This document shows positions 29,425 through 39,765 of a stretch of DNA of 64,000 bases, piece after piece. The stretch is taken from positions 27,301 to 91,300 of the forward strand of contig CANLII010000006.1 in the NCBI GenBank assembly GCA_947491315.1, read 5' to 3'. Position 1 is the stretch's first letter. Each line of letters opens with the position of its first letter. The translations under genes and the position numbers were made by a program. Source of the stretch: Ignavibacteria bacterium. Lineage in GTDB: Bacteria; Bacteroidota; Ignavibacteria; Kapaibacteriales; UBA961. A model generated the notes under the pieces. That model saw nothing but the letters and a program-made list of their open reading frames with translations, did no database searches and was not told the origin of the DNA.

Positions 29425-29441
29425 TGAAATGCAGCATTTCA
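29425..29441. promoter_or_regulatory. Perfect 17-nt palindrome TGAAATGC-A-GCATTTCA, 54 nt upstream of the giant T9SS-cargo gene (candidate operator or hairpin)
   Basis: Read directly: an 8+1+8 inverted repeat in the 120-nt leader. Confidence 0.4.
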
Positions 29442-29494
29442 TGAGAACTTACATTGAATTACACTTTATCTCATAATCGATTGGAGAATCTTCA

Positions 29495-32400
29495 ATGATT
29501 CTATTCTTACGATCACTCGCAATATGCATGGTGATTTTCTCAGCAATAGGAGTCTCGTTCGCACAGAACAGATTTAATGCTTATACACCTGATGCTGAGA
29601 AATTCCCAAAGGTTCGCTCCTTTTATGAGGCTACGGACAATAACAATGTTCCCCTCACAGGTATTACTTCCAGTGATTTCCGAGTCATTGAAAATGGTAT
29701 CACAATACCTGCATCGGATATCACACAAAAATGCTCAACAATTGTTGATGGACCCGAATTGAGCGTTGTTTTGGTGATTGACAAAAGTGCGTCAATGTCC
29801 GAACAAGTAGGATCAAGCCCTGAAGATACTCGCTTCCGATTTGTGAAGCAGGCTTCAAAACTCTTCGTGAGCTTATTGAATTTTATTGGAAGAACCAAAG
29901 TTGCCATTGTATCTTTTGATGGTCAGGCATATCTCGAGCATGATTGGTCAAACAATAGAAATTCGCTTTTAAAGGCAATCGATTCGATGATTCTTGGTTC
30001 TGCCACTTATTATGATCCCCCACTTTTGCATAAACAATGGGGTGCCACAACTCTGATCAAAGACAGATATGTTCGTGAGAATTTGCCTGCAACGGTAAAG
30101 AAAGTCATCATCTTTTTGACAGATGGAGAGCCAAATCGTGCTCCCACTCGTGATACAATCAAAAAAGAATTACTTGATAATGGTATTGCATTTTATGCAA
30201 TTACAGCTTTTATGGGTATGAACAAAGATCTCGCCAATTGGGCAGATATTACAGGAGGTGAGCATTATGAAGCAAACTCAAAAGATGCATACTCCAAGTT
30301 GCAAGAGATTTATGCAGAGATTGTAAAGAAATTACAAGCAAAAGAAGTATGCTATCTTGAATGGAATTCCCCAATGGGATGTAATGAAGTTAGCAGAACC
30401 AGGACAGTGAATATAACATTACAAAAGAATATCAATATCATAGATACTTCTGTCTATCAAGCTCCTGCTTCCAGCGTCATGCAATTGGCTGTCAATCCTC
30501 CCATTGTTTCTTTTGGAAATCCTGCTGTTGGAGGATCCATAGATAAAACAGTCAATGTGGAAGCAAAAAATGGCAAGCTGATTTTCACCGCCGATCCTCC
30601 TGCACCTGCAGGAAATGCAAGCTTCTCCGTTACAAGTTTTAATGGAAATGCATGGAATGGTTCTACTCCTCAAGTAATTGATTCTGGAAAAACAGCGATT
30701 GTGGGAGTCCGATTCACTCAAGGCACCACACTCGATTTTAGACAGAGCGGTCTTCGGATAAAAGGTAATCCTTGTGATCCACCATTGATTCCTCTTGTAG
30801 GCGGAACTGCAGACATTCAACTTCTTGATCCAATCAATTCTGAAATTCGTTCAACTTGCAATGACTTGACAATTCTTTGGGCAGGTGTAGATTCTATACA
30901 AGAAGTCATTATTCAATATAGTGCAGATAATGGAGCGACTTGGAATCTTCTCACTGATAAAGCGAAGGGTCTCAAGTATATTTGGTCTTCTGATGAATTG
31001 AAGAAACTCAGCACAAACGGGCAGTATAAAATTCGTGTTGGTCTTCCTCCTTCCAAGACATTTGTCTGGGCAAAGAATATCGGTGGAACATTGACTGATT
31101 CAAGCGTGAGCATTGCATTGTCCCCTGATGGTCAATATTCATATGTTGCCGGAAATTTTGAAGGCAATGGATCATTTGATAGCAAACCTATGGCAAGCAT
31201 ATCCGGAAGTAGAGATGGATTCTTTGCCAAACTGGATGTCGGTGGTAATGTTGAATTCGTGAAAAATGTTGGTGGCCCCGGTGCGGATGCAGTAACAGGC
31301 ATTGCCGCAGGTGATAATAATGCCGCATATGTGACGGGACACTTTATCGGTGAATCCACATTTGGCTTTGTGACTAAAAGATCTTCAAGCTTGACAGGCA
31401 GAAACTTCTTCATGGCTCGTGTTGAGCCTGATGGAGGAACAGTCATCGTTCAAACTCTTGGTGCAACTGTAATCAATCCAACTGCAGAAGCATATGGTGA
31501 GCGTATTGCATGGGAACAATTTGAAAAACGCGTATATGTTGAAGGTATGTATAAAGGCGTGCTTACAGCAACCATGCGTGATGGCACCAAAGCAACAATC
31601 ACAAATCGTACTCAACCAATTGTCTGGAAACCATTCACAGCAGTGTTCGATCCTGCCGGAAATTGGCTTGATCTTCAGCCGACAAGAACTCAAGGCAAAC
31701 CATATACAACTCTCAATGCAACTGACAAAGATGGCTGTTTGTATGAGACAGGTACTTTTACAGGATCAGTGACAAAAGATCCCGGTAATAAGACCATTAC
31801 ATCTGCTGGACAAACTGATGGTTTTGTGACAAAATTCTGTGGTACCCCTTCAAGCCAATCTTCAAGTTTATTGGCATTTCCACTTGCAAAAGCAAGATTA
31901 TACAGCATTGATTCCAATATTCGTTTCAGTGTAGGTGTAACTTCAGTTGGTACTCCAAAGGATAAGGTATTGAACACAGGTATTTGTAATGATGGGAATC
32001 TTGACACATTCATCGATAGTGTCAGCGTTTCAGATCCTCAATTCAGTTTAAAGTCTGTATTGAATGGTCGTCTCTTCCCTTCTGTGAATTGCGATACAGT
32101 ACCTATTGAAATATTATTCACTCCAACTACTCCCGGTGAGCATTGCGCCACACTCACATTCTATGCTACTTGTTCCCCGGTTGTTAAAATGACCATTTGC
32201 GGTGAAGCAGTTGAACCTTGTGATTATGTACATGTGGAAGACACAATCTTTGCAAATACATTGGTTGGTAGTAATAGAAGCATCACAATTACCAAAGCAT
32301 TGGAAAACAAGAGCAATATCTTGATCAATGGTAAGATGTCAGTTGGTGGTGCTAATCCCGGAGATTTTGCAATAATAAGTTATCGGATGATTGACAGAAA

Positions 32401-34210
32401 TGGCAATCCTTCAGTTGGCGATCCTTCAAATACATTCACAATTAAACCCAGTGGACATTTAGAGATTACAACAGAGTTCAAACCAACAGCCGTTGGAAAA
32501 AGACTTGCATTCATCGATCTCGGTCTTGATACAGTTTGTGTTGATGCAAAGGTACAGCTCACAGGTGAAGGTGAAGCTCAACTCACAGCTTCAGCTACTG
32601 ACGCGATTTGGAATTGCGTTCCTGTTGGCAGCAAAGATCAGAAGAATGTGGTGATCACAAATAATGGTAATAGTGAACTTGCTGTTAAGACCATTGGACT
32701 TTTACAAAATAATGGCACATTCACAATATTGAATATTCCAACATTACCTGTAAATCTTAAAAAAGATGAAACAATCAATCTCACTGTAGAATTTGCTCCT
32801 ACAACAAATACAAATGGTTTGTGGGATTCCGTACTTGTTACTGCAGTATCAACAATTGATGCAAATATCAAGGCACCTGATTTTGGTGCTAGAGTACAAG
32901 GCAATGGTTGTATCGGTGCTCCTGAATATTCAAAGAACTGTTTTGATTCCACTCGCATCGGTAGCAAATCTGCACCGAAAACAAATGCATTGGTAATCAA
33001 AAACATGGGACAAGGTCCATTGAAAGTACTTTCAATCAAACCAATCCCACCAATTGAATTTGAAGCATTCAGCCCTGCAGGACCTTTTGATATTCCTTTG
33101 AGTGGCTCACAAGATATTTCTGCTATCTTCATTCCACAGAAAAAGGGCTTGCGTAGTGGTTTCGTTGAAATCGTGACAGATGCTCGTAATGTCCCTGATA
33201 CTGTTGAATTGTGTGGTACTGGATTCCTTCCGGATACTGTTATCAATCTTGGCAGGTTCAATGCTTGTGAAAATCCGATCATTACACTTCCTTATCCGAA
33301 TGTGAGCAGCTATGATGTTCAAACAACGAACTCTGCATCAGGTGCTACAGATCAATTCAGCATTTCACCTTTGGGTAATTTCAGAATCCCTGCGAATACG
33401 AATCATAATTACTTGATTGTATTTACGCCAAATGCAGCAGGTCCTTATTCTGTGACCGCGCAACTCGGTGAACGCAATGTGACAGTAAATGCAGAAGCAT
33501 TTACATTGCCCGTCAGTATAACTTCATCAATCAATCCCGGTGAAGTAACGCCCGGTCAAAAAGTTGCTTTCAAAGTAAATGCCGATATTCAAGGGGATGT
33601 TGGGTCAGCACAAATCAATGCAATTGACATCTTAGTACGTTATGATTTTAATGATCTTGATTTTACCGGTACAGTTCGCTCTTTGAATGGCTGGACATGG
33701 ACCCCGTCTGTGAATGGGAATGTGTTAACTGTTTCAGGTACAGGTAATCCTGGTCTCTCAGGCAAAAAGGATTTGTTTGAAGCGGACTTCAATGCATACT
33801 TGGGTGATTCAACAGCATTTAAAGTGTTTGTTGATGCAAAAACCAATGGTAAATTTTCAAAGTGCTTGGTCATTGGTAATGATACCTCCACATTGAAACT
33901 CTCTCCAATTTGCTTTTCAAATGGGAGATTCATCAGAGGTTCCGGTTTAGGTTATGCATTATCTGTTTCAGGTCAATCCCCTGCTTCAGATATCGCAATG
34001 ATTGACTACTCAATCGGTATCTCATCAAATACCATCATTGAGTTATATAATTCAATGGGTCAGAAAGTCCATACATTACTTGCAGGATATGTGAAAGAAG
34101 GAGCATATCAACTCAGCATTGATGCCCAACAATTACCGGCTGGCATGTACACATGTATCTTAAAATCCGGTCCATATGCAAATCAAGTACAACTCATCAT
34201 TGTCAAGTAA
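29495..34210 (+). CDS. Giant secreted VWA-domain protein with beta-rich repeat modules and T9SS C-terminal sorting domain
   Basis: 1571 aa. Signal peptide. VWA with MIDAS (VVLVIDKSASMSE ... IIFLTDGEPN). Many Gly/Thr/Asn-rich Ig-like segments. Terminal roughly 80 aa (..IIELYNSMGQKVHTLLAGY..LSIDAQQLPAGMYTCILKSGPYANQVQLIIVK) matches the Por/T9SS CTD pattern. Confidence 0.8.
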   Translation: MILFLRSLAICMVIFSAIGVSFAQNRFNAYTPDAEKFPKVRSFYEATDNNNVPLTGITSSDFRVIENGITIPASDITQKCSTIVDGPELSVVLVIDKSASMSEQVGSSPEDTRFRFVKQASKLFVSLLNFIGRTKVAIVSFDGQAYLEHDWSNNRNSLLKAIDSMILGSATYYDPPLLHKQWGATTLIKDRYVRENLPATVKKVIIFLTDGEPNRAPTRDTIKKELLDNGIAFYAITAFMGMNKDLANWADITGGEHYEANSKDAYSKLQEIYAEIVKKLQAKEVCYLEWNSPMGCNEVSRTRTVNITLQKNINIIDTSVYQAPASSVMQLAVNPPIVSFGNPAVGGSIDKTVNVEAKNGKLIFTADPPAPAGNASFSVTSFNGNAWNGSTPQVIDSGKTAIVGVRFTQGTTLDFRQSGLRIKGNPCDPPLIPLVGGTADIQLLDPINSEIRSTCNDLTILWAGVDSIQEVIIQYSADNGATWNLLTDKAKGLKYIWSSDELKKLSTNGQYKIRVGLPPSKTFVWAKNIGGTLTDSSVSIALSPDGQYSYVAGNFEGNGSFDSKPMASISGSRDGFFAKLDVGGNVEFVKNVGGPGADAVTGIAAGDNNAAYVTGHFIGESTFGFVTKRSSSLTGRNFFMARVEPDGGTVIVQTLGATVINPTAEAYGERIAWEQFEKRVYVEGMYKGVLTATMRDGTKATITNRTQPIVWKPFTAVFDPAGNWLDLQPTRTQGKPYTTLNATDKDGCLYETGTFTGSVTKDPGNKTITSAGQTDGFVTKFCGTPSSQSSSLLAFPLAKARLYSIDSNIRFSVGVTSVGTPKDKVLNTGICNDGNLDTFIDSVSVSDPQFSLKSVLNGRLFPSVNCDTVPIEILFTPTTPGEHCATLTFYATCSPVVKMTICGEAVEPCDYVHVEDTIFANTLVGSNRSITITKALENKSNILINGKMSVGGANPGDFAIISYRMIDRNGNPSVGDPSNTFTIKPSGHLEITTEFKPTAVGKRLAFIDLGLDTVCVDAKVQLTGEGEAQLTASATDAIWNCVPVGSKDQKNVVITNNGNSELAVKTIGLLQNNGTFTILNIPTLPVNLKKDETINLTVEFAPTTNTNGLWDSVLVTAVSTIDANIKAPDFGARVQGNGCIGAPEYSKNCFDSTRIGSKSAPKTNALVIKNMGQGPLKVLSIKPIPPIEFEAFSPAGPFDIPLSGSQDISAIFIPQKKGLRSGFVEIVTDARNVPDTVELCGTGFLPDTVINLGRFNACENPIITLPYPNVSSYDVQTTNSASGATDQFSISPLGNFRIPANTNHNYLIVFTPNAAGPYSVTAQLGERNVTVNAEAFTLPVSITSSINPGEVTPGQKVAFKVNADIQGDVGSAQINAIDILVRYDFNDLDFTGTVRSLNGWTWTPSVNGNVLTVSGTGNPGLSGKKDLFEADFNAYLGDSTAFKVFVDAKTNGKFSKCLVIGNDTSTLKLSPICFSNGRFIRGSGLGYALSVSGQSPASDIAMIDYSIGISSNTIIELYNSMGQKVHTLLAGYVKEGAYQLSIDAQQLPAGMYTCILKSGPYANQVQLIIVK

Positions 34211-34223
34211 ACCAGACACGCAT

Positions 34224-34262
34224 AAAAAAAGCCCGCTTCGTAATGGAAGCGGGCTTTTTTTT
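34224..34262. terminator. Bidirectional rho-independent terminator (A7-GCCCGCTTC-GTAATG-GAAGCGGGC-T8) between convergent genes
   Basis: Perfect 9-bp GC-rich stem flanked by an A-run and a T-run, so it can act on both strands. Confidence 0.9.
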
Positions 34263-34264
34263 CG

Positions 34265-36484
34265 TCATTTCTTATCTGGTATTTCCTTATATGTAATCCG
34301 GTGATGTCGCATTCCCAGAAGATTCTTTATAAAGGATTCTTTAATCTCATGTATCTCGGCAATAGTAAGTGGACATTCATCCAATTGTCCATCAAGCATT
34401 CTATCATTGATAATACCCTGAAGAATAACCTCAATGTCCTCTTTAGTTTCCGCATTATTCAAACGAACAACAGCTTCTGCTGCATCCGCTAGCATAAGAA
34501 TTCCCGTCTCTTTAGTATTTGGCTTGGGACCTGTATAACGATAATCCTCTTCTTTAACGATAGTCGGACCTTCCCCGTTCTGCGACAATTCAATTGCTTT
34601 GGCATAAAAATGTTTCACTAGCATTGTACCATGATGCATTGGAATAAAATCAATGATTCTTTGAGGAAGCTTATACTCTCTGGCAAGTTCAATACCATCA
34701 TGAACATGTTCCTTGATAATAGATGCGCTTTTCTTTGGAGGAAGGTGATTATGCTTATTATCAATATTTATCTGATTCTCAACAAAATATTCAGCCTTTG
34801 GTATCTTCCCTATATCATGATATAGTGAACCTACTTTCGCCAGTAAAGCATTGGCATGAATGGCATGAGCAGCGCTCTCAGAAAGTCTTGCTATTGTCAT
34901 GGTATGTTGGAACGTGCCAGGGGCTTTTTCATTCATTTCCACCAATAGTGGATGTTCCAAGGAATCATATTCATCAATTTTCAAGTCGGTGGTAACCGGA
35001 AATACTCTTTCGATCAAATATAGCACGCCGAATGTGAAAATAGGCGAAAACACAGCATTGATTCCGGCAACAATCAATTGCGGATACATTTCATCCCAAC
35101 TCAATGATCTTTCAGCACCAATCGATGCAATACTTACGGACATTCCAATAAAAACATAAGTGATTGATGCAAAAAGTTGTGTCCTTGCCTGAATATCTCT
35201 TACACTATACGCTGCTACCATACCACCGATCATCATTGCAAGGCCAACAGAATAATCACTTCCTCTGACACCTGCTATCAGCAAGGACATTACAACTGTA
35301 CTGTAAAATGCAGTTCTTGAATCAAATAGAATCGCAATCATCATTGATAAAGCAGGTACTATCACTGCATATTCCAATGGATAAGAACTATTCAAGAATA
35401 CTGTTATCCAAGAGAATATCGGTGCAATCAGTACTATTCCCAATAAACCAAACAATTGCTGATGATGAGCAAAAATGACCGGCCTTATGAAAAACAAGTA
35501 TAATATCATCATGGAAAAGATGAGAAGTGAATGTCCAATGCTTCCTAAAAGAATACTCCATGAATAGGTCGAAGTATCCGAATTACCTCTATTACTCACA
35601 TAAGATTGCACTTTCAAAGCCGATAATCGATCAAATCTTTCACCTTTTCTGATGAGTACTTCACCCGCTCTGACAATTCCGAGAGTGCGAGGTATAGAAG
35701 CCAATCTATTTGACTTTGTTTCCTGAGTAAGTGATTTTGACACTTCATACTTGGGCTTTATGATCTCAATCAAAGTGGATACCACTTTTTCAACATCTTG
35801 CATTTGTAACTTATCGGCAAACAATTCAGAGAGCTGAAGCCGCATCAATGATGTATCAGAGAAGACTGATTTAAGCATGGGGAAATCAACCCCCCTATTT
35901 TTACGAATGAATACAGTATCTGAAAGAGTAGATATGGCAACGGAAACAAGTGGCTTTCTTTCATAGTATGAACTAATAAGTTCTACTCTATATTTCTGTA
36001 CTATTTGACCAATTATTGCCTTTTTCTGCTGAGGAAATTCAAGAATATTTTTTGTGACTGTTTCATTGAGTATTCCTGATTCCTGCAATTTACCTTCGCA
36101 CATTTGAAGGAAGGCCGATAGCTTGGCTTCGGCTTCTGATACTGCATTCTCAATATTCAAACAAATAATAGGCGAATATTTTAACACTTTTTCCTTTTCG
36201 AGTTCAATCTCAGACGCGGGTCTTATGATCGCAAAAGGGAATTCAGCCTTGATTGTTTCATTCATCCAAAGAACACCAATATTCACTTGCCTGACATCTT
36301 CCCCATTTTCATTGATTGCTCTTTGATTCGGGAACATGAATCCTGTAAGGATAACGATGAGAGTCATACATGCTATTCGAACTCCACGATTTGCGAACAT
36401 TGATTTCTCAGTCACAGATTCCTGATGTTCAGCGCTCTTTAATTGTTCAAACAGTGTTTTTTGCTTTGCCATAGAAGTACTCAA
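34265..36484 (-). CDS. 7TM-receptor with intracellular HD (HDIG) phosphohydrolase domain (PgpH/YqfF-like, candidate c-di-AMP phosphodiesterase)
   Basis: 739 aa. N-terminal extracytoplasmic domain after one TM, then 7 TM helices, then C-terminal HD domain with H..HDIGK..H..H..D (LYHDIGKIPK..MHHGT). Confidence 0.75.
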   Translation of the reverse strand: MSTSMAKQKTLFEQLKSAEHQESVTEKSMFANRGVRIACMTLIVILTGFMFPNQRAINENGEDVRQVNIGVLWMNETIKAEFPFAIIRPASEIELEKEKVLKYSPIICLNIENAVSEAEAKLSAFLQMCEGKLQESGILNETVTKNILEFPQQKKAIIGQIVQKYRVELISSYYERKPLVSVAISTLSDTVFIRKNRGVDFPMLKSVFSDTSLMRLQLSELFADKLQMQDVEKVVSTLIEIIKPKYEVSKSLTQETKSNRLASIPRTLGIVRAGEVLIRKGERFDRLSALKVQSYVSNRGNSDTSTYSWSILLGSIGHSLLIFSMMILYLFFIRPVIFAHHQQLFGLLGIVLIAPIFSWITVFLNSSYPLEYAVIVPALSMMIAILFDSRTAFYSTVVMSLLIAGVRGSDYSVGLAMMIGGMVAAYSVRDIQARTQLFASITYVFIGMSVSIASIGAERSLSWDEMYPQLIVAGINAVFSPIFTFGVLYLIERVFPVTTDLKIDEYDSLEHPLLVEMNEKAPGTFQHTMTIARLSESAAHAIHANALLAKVGSLYHDIGKIPKAEYFVENQINIDNKHNHLPPKKSASIIKEHVHDGIELAREYKLPQRIIDFIPMHHGTMLVKHFYAKAIELSQNGEGPTIVKEEDYRYTGPKPNTKETGILMLADAAEAVVRLNNAETKEDIEVILQGIINDRMLDGQLDECPLTIAEIHEIKESFIKNLLGMRHHRITYKEIPDKK

Positions 36485-37309
36485 TTAATCTAATTCCGGA
36501 CAATATCTCATACCGATTTGCCAAGAATATCCTAAATACATGTGATTGAACATATTTACTTTTACAAAAATATCATCTAACAACATACTCAAACCTATTG
36601 TCACGGAAGAATGTGGTAAAGAAAATCCTATATGCGAACTAATATTATGGGTAAAATTCCACGAAATTGTGGGTCTAAGACCCGAAGAATACTCACTCAT
36701 AAGCATATCCACATCAATAGCCATGCCTTCAAATGGCACATATCCCAAGCCAATCGTTAAAAGTGGTTGCGTAAAACTTGCACTAAATTCTGCCATTGGC
36801 TTTGCAATCGGATATTGAAACAATATGCCTGCTCCAACTTTGTCATCAATCTTCATTATTGCACCAATACCCATATTTACTTCAGTACAATGCAATATGC
36901 CATCATCAAAAGATACAAATTCAGATGTAAGACCAAATCCCGGAATAAGTGACATCTCATGAGGATTCCATCCAATTGACAAATCACATTGCATCAGTGA
37001 AAATTGATCAATCTTCATGAATTCTGTCTTCAAATGCAGTCCAATTGATGGTTCCAATCGTAAATCTCCACAAATGGCAAGTCTTGATAGTTCTTTGATT
37101 CCAAATGGTACTGGTAATAATGAAATTCCGAAATGAGTACATGAATCAATCATTGAAAGTGAAGGATGAACGCTTCCACAATGGATTGGAGAAGTTATCC
37201 CAATGATATTTCCATGGATTTCAGAAATTCTAGATTGTGATTGCAGATGATTTACCATAAAATAGTTGCCGATGGCTCCTAAGCATAGTATTTTCGCAAT
37301 AGATAACAT
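36485..37309 (-). CDS. Hypothetical secreted/outer-membrane protein
   Basis: Signal-like N-terminus MLSIAKILCLGAIGNY (internal start chosen so as not to overlap the divergent gene). Beta-rich, Gly/aromatic periodicity. Stop abuts the PgpH-like start. Confidence 0.4.
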   Translation of the reverse strand: MLSIAKILCLGAIGNYFMVNHLQSQSRISEIHGNIIGITSPIHCGSVHPSLSMIDSCTHFGISLLPVPFGIKELSRLAICGDLRLEPSIGLHLKTEFMKIDQFSLMQCDLSIGWNPHEMSLIPGFGLTSEFVSFDDGILHCTEVNMGIGAIMKIDDKVGAGILFQYPIAKPMAEFSASFTQPLLTIGLGYVPFEGMAIDVDMLMSEYSSGLRPTISWNFTHNISSHIGFSLPHSSVTIGLSMLLDDIFVKVNMFNHMYLGYSWQIGMRYCPELD

Positions 37310-37333
37310 ATTCCCCCAAATCAAGGTGATTCC

Positions 37334-38233
37334 ATGCGAACTTTCATATTTTCCACCATATTTTTTGCACTGAATATCTTCCCGATGCTTCATGCACAGG
37401 AAATTGAATTGCAAGTGAATGTGGATTTGAAAAATATTTCATTTGACAATCGAATTGATATTCAGAATCTTCGACAAGACATCATCAGTTATATCAATAC
37501 TCAACGATATTCTGATTCTGATTGGGATAATCCAAAAGTGCCTGTCGATATTGGAATCACAATAACTTCGCGGGGTGCAAATAACACCTATAGCGGTATA
37601 CTCACCGTTATGTCCTATACTGTACTTGAAGATGGCTCAAAATCCATACTTATGAGAGCGATGGACAAACAGTGGACATTTGAATATGCTCCGGGCAATA
37701 TGATGTCATTTCAGGCAAATCGATTCAGTGCATTGTCATCACCGATTGATTTCTACATGTTGATGTCCCTTGGCATGTTTTTGGACACTTTCGCAGAACT
37801 TGACGGCACTCCATTTTATGAAAAAGCAAAAGTGATTTGTCGGGCAGGTGCCGGAGCAAATGTAACAGGTTATCCCACTACTCCGGATCCATCTGTTCCA
37901 TCCAAACTTGGACTTGCCACAGAGGCATCTGATTTATTATATGAAGAATTCAGAAGACTCATCTTCTCATATCATTTTGACGGTTTGGAAGCTGTGAATA
38001 AAGACAAGTCGCAAGGTTTGCCATTATTTGCTACAATCATCGAGCAAATGGCACAATTCAAAAAATCAAAAGTGACCATGCGTAGTCAATTCATGGATAC
38101 ATTTTTCAATTCTAAGTTTCAAGAATTGGCAGATCTTTTCAAAGGATATTCAGATGTCGGAGTATTTTCAAATCTATCACAATTAGATCCAGCTAATTCC
38201 AGCGTATATCAAGCCGCACAGGAGAATCGATGA
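37334..38233 (+). CDS. Hypothetical secreted protein (possibly DUF4835-like)
   Basis: Signal peptide MRTFIFSTIFFALNIFPMLHAQ. The mature N-terminus QEIELQVNVDLKN resembles Bacteroidetes DUF4835 proteins from memory. No catalytic motifs. Confidence 0.4.
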   Translation: MRTFIFSTIFFALNIFPMLHAQEIELQVNVDLKNISFDNRIDIQNLRQDIISYINTQRYSDSDWDNPKVPVDIGITITSRGANNTYSGILTVMSYTVLEDGSKSILMRAMDKQWTFEYAPGNMMSFQANRFSALSSPIDFYMLMSLGMFLDTFAELDGTPFYEKAKVICRAGAGANVTGYPTTPDPSVPSKLGLATEASDLLYEEFRRLIFSYHFDGLEAVNKDKSQGLPLFATIIEQMAQFKKSKVTMRSQFMDTFFNSKFQELADLFKGYSDVGVFSNLSQLDPANSSVYQAAQENR

Positions 38234-39291
38234 GTTCCATCACATTTGATTTGCGCAGTGATACTGTCACAAAACCAACCATCGAAATGCGCAAAGCGAT
38301 GGCGGAAGCTGAAGTAGGAGATGATGTTTATTCGGAAGATCCAACGGTCAATAGATTACAATCAATGATTGCTGAGCTTTTCGGAAAAGAATCCGCATTA
38401 TTTGTTCCAACCGGTGTAATGGGTAATCAAATTGCCATTGCCATTCACACAAAAAGAAGCGACGAAATCATTGTTGAATCGGAATCTCATATTTTTCATT
38501 ATGAGACAGCAGCTCCTGCCATCATTGCTGGTGTGCAGATGTATTGCATTCCAACTGAAAAAGGAGAATTAACAAGTTCATCAATCAATGAAGCCATTCG
38601 TCCCGGTGAGTATTATTTTCCCAAAACTTCCTTGATATGCATCGAACAAACCCATAATCGGCATGGTGGAACCATTCTTTCACTTTCATCAATCAATGAA
38701 GTTTCTGCATTCGCTCAAAGCAAGAGTATCCCTCTTCATTGTGATGGTGCGCGCATTTGGAATGCATGTGCTGAGACAGGCACTGAACCTCATGAATATG
38801 CTCATTACTTAGATACGCTTTCCGTTTGTCTTTCAAAAGGTTTGGGCGCACCGGCAGGTTCAGTTTTTATAGGTACAAAAGACCAAGTGGAATATGCCCG
38901 ACATTGGAGAAAATTGCTTGGCGGTGGAATGAGACAATCCGGAATATTGGCTGCGGCCGGTATTCATGCTTTACAATTTCATAAAGAGCATTTGAGGGAA
39001 GATCATGAAAAAGCAAGAATGTTTGCCGATCAGATTTTCTCGCAAACCTCATGTACATTGGCCAATGCAGGTGGCATAGTCGAAACAAATATTCTCATTA
39101 TAGATTGTGGAATCGATACCGATCCTCAAGCATTGAAGAATGAATGTTCCAAAAGAGGCTTGGAGATTTCATCCGGCAGAGGACAATATCTTCGGGCTGT
39201 GTTTCATAGAGATATTACCATACAAGAAGTGAAAGAAGCGGCATTGATTTTCATTCAAAGTGTTGAGAGCATCATGAAGGAAAAACGATGA
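38230..39291 (+). CDS. ltaE: Low-specificity L-threonine aldolase
   Basis: DLRSDTVTKPT..EVGDDVYSEDPTVN..FVPTGVMGNQ..CLSKGLGAPAGS..GGGMRQSGILAAAG is collinear with E. coli LtaE. ATGA overlap with the upstream gene. Confidence 0.9.
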   Translation: MSSITFDLRSDTVTKPTIEMRKAMAEAEVGDDVYSEDPTVNRLQSMIAELFGKESALFVPTGVMGNQIAIAIHTKRSDEIIVESESHIFHYETAAPAIIAGVQMYCIPTEKGELTSSSINEAIRPGEYYFPKTSLICIEQTHNRHGGTILSLSSINEVSAFAQSKSIPLHCDGARIWNACAETGTEPHEYAHYLDTLSVCLSKGLGAPAGSVFIGTKDQVEYARHWRKLLGGGMRQSGILAAAGIHALQFHKEHLREDHEKARMFADQIFSQTSCTLANAGGIVETNILIIDCGIDTDPQALKNECSKRGLEISSGRGQYLRAVFHRDITIQEVKEAALIFIQSVESIMKEKR

Positions 39292-39761
39292 AATCTCAAG
39301 ACAAACACATTGAGAACATAGACTTCACAGCATTTCATCATACAATGTCAGGAAGAGTAAAGACATTTGAAGTGGACAGACAAAATATCGTTCATAATAT
39401 CATCTATCTCTATTGGCTTGAAGATGCAAGAGTTGAATATTTCAGAGCTTTGGGATTGGAGATGAATGAGCGCACATTCATTGATTCACATCGTTTTGTG
39501 ATTGCCAAGACAGAGATTAATTATCTTGCTCCTGCACTCTTTGACAAACAATATGAAGTATTGACAAGAATCTCACACCTCGGCACATCTTCATTTATGT
39601 TTGATCAATTGATCATTTCCATTCCGGAAAGAACCATACTGATAATGGCACAATCGGTATTAGTTCAGTTGAATCCAACTTCAAATGAGAGCATGCCGAT
39701 CGACAATGAATATCGCACACTTGTTGGGGTTTTTGAAAGAAAAGAGTTTAAACAAGGTTAA
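39288..39761 (+). CDS. Hotdog-fold acyl-CoA thioesterase (YbgC/4HBT-like)
   Basis: 157 aa. VDRQNIVHNIIYLYWLEDARVEYFRALGL is typical of 4HBT thioesterases. ATGA overlap. Confidence 0.7.
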   Translation: MKSQDKHIENIDFTAFHHTMSGRVKTFEVDRQNIVHNIIYLYWLEDARVEYFRALGLEMNERTFIDSHRFVIAKTEINYLAPALFDKQYEVLTRISHLGTSSFMFDQLIISIPERTILIMAQSVLVQLNPTSNESMPIDNEYRTLVGVFERKEFKQG

Positions 39762-39765
39762 TTGA

